Assembly: GCA_963765495.1 (NCBI GenBank)
Contig: CAVXWP010000006.1
Span: 64,001 to 128,000, forward strand
Length of the DNA stretch: 64,000 nt
Reading direction: 5' to 3'
Origin: Blastocatellia bacterium
GTDB taxonomy: Bacteria > Acidobacteriota > Blastocatellia > UBA7656
A program made the translations under genes and the position numbers. Positions 61,424 to 64,000 of this stretch are shown piece after piece. How positions within the stretch are numbered: the first letter of the stretch is position 1; the number at the start of each line of letters is the position of its first letter. The notes under the pieces are model-generated. The model was not told the DNA's origin, ran no database searches, and was given only the letters and a program-made list of their open reading frames with translations.

Positions 61424-61481
61424 GGACATCTGTCTTCTTAAAATCCGTATTGTTAAAAATCCTTTTGGGAGAGGGAAATCT

Positions 61482-63191
61482 ATGTCCAGACAGGTAATTT
61501 ATGACGCCGTAGTTGTAGGATCGGGCGCGACGGGCGGCTGGGCCGCAAAGGTGCTGACCGAAAAAGGGCTGAAGGTAGCTGTGGTAGAAGCGGGACGCAA
61601 GCTTGATCCCATGAAGGATTACACCGAGCACACCTGGCCTTATGAGTTGAAGTTTCGCGGTTTCGGCGACCTGCGCGATCTGGAGCGGACCCAGCCCATT
61701 CAAAGCAAGTGTTATGCGTGCAACGAGTATGGCCGTCAGTTTTTTGTAAACGATCTTGAAAACCCATACACGACTCCGCCCGACAAGCCGTTTTACTGGA
61801 TAAGGTCGCGCCAGGTCGGAGGCCGCTCTATCCCCTGGGGACGGCAAACCTACCGGCTTTCGAACTATGATTTTAAGGCGAAAACACACGACGGGTACGG
61901 CGATGACTGGCCGATCTCTTACGAAGAGATCGCGCCTTACTACGATAAGGTCGAAGAGTTCATAGGCATAAGCGGCTCCTACGAAAACCTGCCCCAACTT
62001 CCCGACAGCCGGTTTCTGCCCGCGATGAATCTCACCTGCGGCGAGCAGATTCTAAAGAAGGCCGTCGATAAACTTGGCGACCCTCTGCGCCGCGTCATCA
62101 TAGGCCGTTGCGCGATACTCACGAAACCGATTCATCAGGGCACACCCGATGCCCGCGCCGCCTGCCACTGGTGCGGGCATTGCGATAGAGGCTGCACGAC
62201 CCGCTCTTATTACAGCAGCCCGGCATCTACTCTGCCTGCCGCCGAGCGTACGGGCAGGATGACGCTCATTACAAACGCCGTTGTGAGCAATATCATAGTC
62301 GATAAAGACACCGGCAAGGCGACGGGCGTGCATTATGTGGATTCCGTCACGCGAAATCATCGCGAAGTACTCGGCAAAATAGTTGTGCTCTGCGCCGGGA
62401 CGCTTGAATCAACGCGCATATTGCTCAACTCGACTTCTTCGCTTTATCCCGGCGGCATAGCAAACGGCTCGGGCGTCGTCGGGCATTATCTTATGGATCA
62501 CGTAGGGGGCGGCGGGGCGAGCGGCAGCCTGCCCATGCTCGACAGTAAAAATATGGAGCCGGATGGCCGCGCAAACGGCATTTACATAGCGCGTTTCCGC
62601 AACCTTAAAACAGAGCACGGACGGTTTATTCGCGGCTACGGCTTTCAAGGCGGGGCGGGGCAATCTCTGTGGGAGCATAGTAAATATGCGCCGGGATTCG
62701 GCTCTCAGTTTAAGAAAACCGTGAGAGAAAATCATCCGTGGGGCATCGGCATCGGAGGCTTTGGCGAATGCCTCGCGCGATACGAAAATCACGTTCGTCT
62801 CGACAAAGACGTTGTAGACGCATGGGGAATCCCGGTTCTTCACATCGAGGCGTCATTCGGAGACAACGAGCGCGAGATGGTCAAAGACATGGGCGACACG
62901 GCAGCGGAAATGCTGCACGCTGCCGGGGTGCAGAATGTTCAGGTGAGCCACGGGCCTATTTCCACGCCCGGTATACTCATACACGAGGTAGGCACGGCGC
63001 GCATGGGCAGCGATCCGAAGACCTCTGTGCTCAACAAATTCAATCAGGCTCACGAGGTTAAGAACCTCTTCGTCACCGATGGCGCGTCTTATGTCTCAAG
63101 CGGCAATCAGAATCCTACGCTGACGATGATGGCGCTCACGGCACGCGCATGTGATTACATGGCGGAAGAATATCGCGCGGGCCGATTGTGA
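61482..63191 (+). CDS. GMC-family FAD oxidoreductase (glucoside/sugar 3-dehydrogenase-like), copy 2
   Basis: [58 protein letters not shown]. Confidence 0.9.
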   Translation: MSRQVIYDAVVVGSGATGGWAAKVLTEKGLKVAVVEAGRKLDPMKDYTEHTWPYELKFRGFGDLRDLERTQPIQSKCYACNEYGRQFFVNDLENPYTTPPDKPFYWIRSRQVGGRSIPWGRQTYRLSNYDFKAKTHDGYGDDWPISYEEIAPYYDKVEEFIGISGSYENLPQLPDSRFLPAMNLTCGEQILKKAVDKLGDPLRRVIIGRCAILTKPIHQGTPDARAACHWCGHCDRGCTTRSYYSSPASTLPAAERTGRMTLITNAVVSNIIVDKDTGKATGVHYVDSVTRNHREVLGKIVVLCAGTLESTRILLNSTSSLYPGGIANGSGVVGHYLMDHVGGGGASGSLPMLDSKNMEPDGRANGIYIARFRNLKTEHGRFIRGYGFQGGAGQSLWEHSKYAPGFGSQFKKTVRENHPWGIGIGGFGECLARYENHVRLDKDVVDAWGIPVLHIEASFGDNEREMVKDMGDTAAEMLHAAGVQNVQVSHGPISTPGILIHEVGTARMGSDPKTSVLNKFNQAHEVKNLFVTDGASYVSSGNQNPTLTMMALTARACDYMAEEYRAGRL

Positions 63192-63225
63192 AGGCTTTAG
63201 ATTATTAAAGCTTAGGGGGAAGAGC

Positions 63226-64000
63226 ATGAGAGAGCGGAAAGTTATCCCGTTACTGTTGCTGATGGCCTTTGCTGTTTCGCTCGCCGCGTTTGGGCAGGTA
63301 AAGACAAAGGCCGGGCGACGCGGCCTTCGAGCGGCCACTGCCTCAAGCGGGGTCGAGCCGTTGAGAGTCATCAACGGAGAGATGCAGGGGCGCATTGTCG
63401 CGGGGTCGCTCAAGGTAAACAATCGCCCTTCTAGTTTTTCCTTTACGCTGTCGAAAGTCGAAATCGCAGACGGGCAGGTGCAACTGAGCGGAAGCTTTGT
63501 CCTCGGAAGCAACGCCCGGCGCGCCGAGCAGGTCAAGGCGCGCGTGGCAGGCACTATGGCTAAGGCTACAAACCCCTGGCCGGGAGCGGACGATCAAGAG
63601 CCTGAGCCCGAGCCTGAGACGGACGAGCAGGGTCAGGGCCGCGAGGCGAAAAACCCTGAAACCTCGGCCCAGTTGGGCGAGCTTTCTCAATCGACCCAGG
63701 ATACGGCGCACACTACGCCCGCGCCAAAGGGAGGGCGTAACGAGCAGACGCAGTCACTTTATTCACAGGCGGAAGACACTACGGGGTGCGGGCTTGTGTT
63801 TCTCAGTTTGACTCTGCCCGCGCAAATGCGCACGGCGATACGGGCAAGTCGGGGGCCTGTTCAACTCGGTGTTGTGCTTGCGCCGATTGATAATCGGATG
63901 GGTGAAGAGATCAATCGCTCGCTTTGCCACATCATTCGAGCGGGTGGGAACGACTCCGGCAAAGAAGATGTAACGGCCGCTGTTGAGCGACTCAATCATA
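63226..64000 (+). CDS. Exported hypothetical protein, partial (runs off the window); apparent paralog of 38053..38760
   Basis: Absent from the ORF track. Hand translation: MRERKVIPLLLLMAFAVSLAAFG|QVK...LRVINGEMQGRIVAGSLKVNN...GCGLVFLSLTLP...VQLGVVLAPIDN...VTAAVERLNH, open to the edge. Confidence 0.8.
   Translation, partial: MRERKVIPLLLLMAFAVSLAAFGQVKTKAGRRGLRAATASSGVEPLRVINGEMQGRIVAGSLKVNNRPSSFSFTLSKVEIADGQVQLSGSFVLGSNARRAEQVKARVAGTMAKATNPWPGADDQEPEPEPETDEQGQGREAKNPETSAQLGELSQSTQDTAHTTPAPKGGRNEQTQSLYSQAEDTTGCGLVFLSLTLPAQMRTAIRASRGPVQLGVVLAPIDNRMGEEINRSLCHIIRAGGNDSGKEDVTAAVERLNH

Overview
This looks like a chromosomal window from an Acidobacteriota bacterium, probably Blastocatellia. That is inferred from the VWFA-type protein, Oar-like TonB-dependent receptor, CRTAC1/ASPIC protein, multiheme-TPR genes and membrane-anchored wHTH regulator. 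No rRNA, tRNA, CRISPR array, transposase, integrase or phage gene was seen. Layout: (1) 1-5.3 kb: damaged anti-sigma / secreted protein / CHAT protease region and a TPR protein. (2) 5.7-10.2 kb: AttEFGH-like ABC exporter operon. (3) 12-26 kb: type IV minor-pilin array with two intact fimT-pilV-pilW-pilX cassettes, each with its own sigma-54 promoter, a very large PilX and no pilY1, flanked by two orphan PilX-like C-terminal remnants, plus two broken GT-C glycosyltransferase genes. (4) 27-36 kb: LPS heptose genes, tag, nucleotide-sugar dehydrogenase, secreted zincin, TonB-C protein, rsmI. (5) 36-64 kb: xyloside/glycan utilisation and oxidation region with two GMC oxidoreductases, each followed by a member of the same uncharacterised protein family, mono- and hepta-heme cytochromes c, xylA, GH3, GH31, a secreted TIM barrel, regulator, TonB-dependent receptor, and TPR, VWA and CRTAC1 proteins. 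Intergenic DNA is rich in short-repeat palindromes and MITEs, some nested or fused into coding sequence. Several apparent deletion scars cluster in surface and secretion genes. All calls come from reading motifs by eye; no searches were run.
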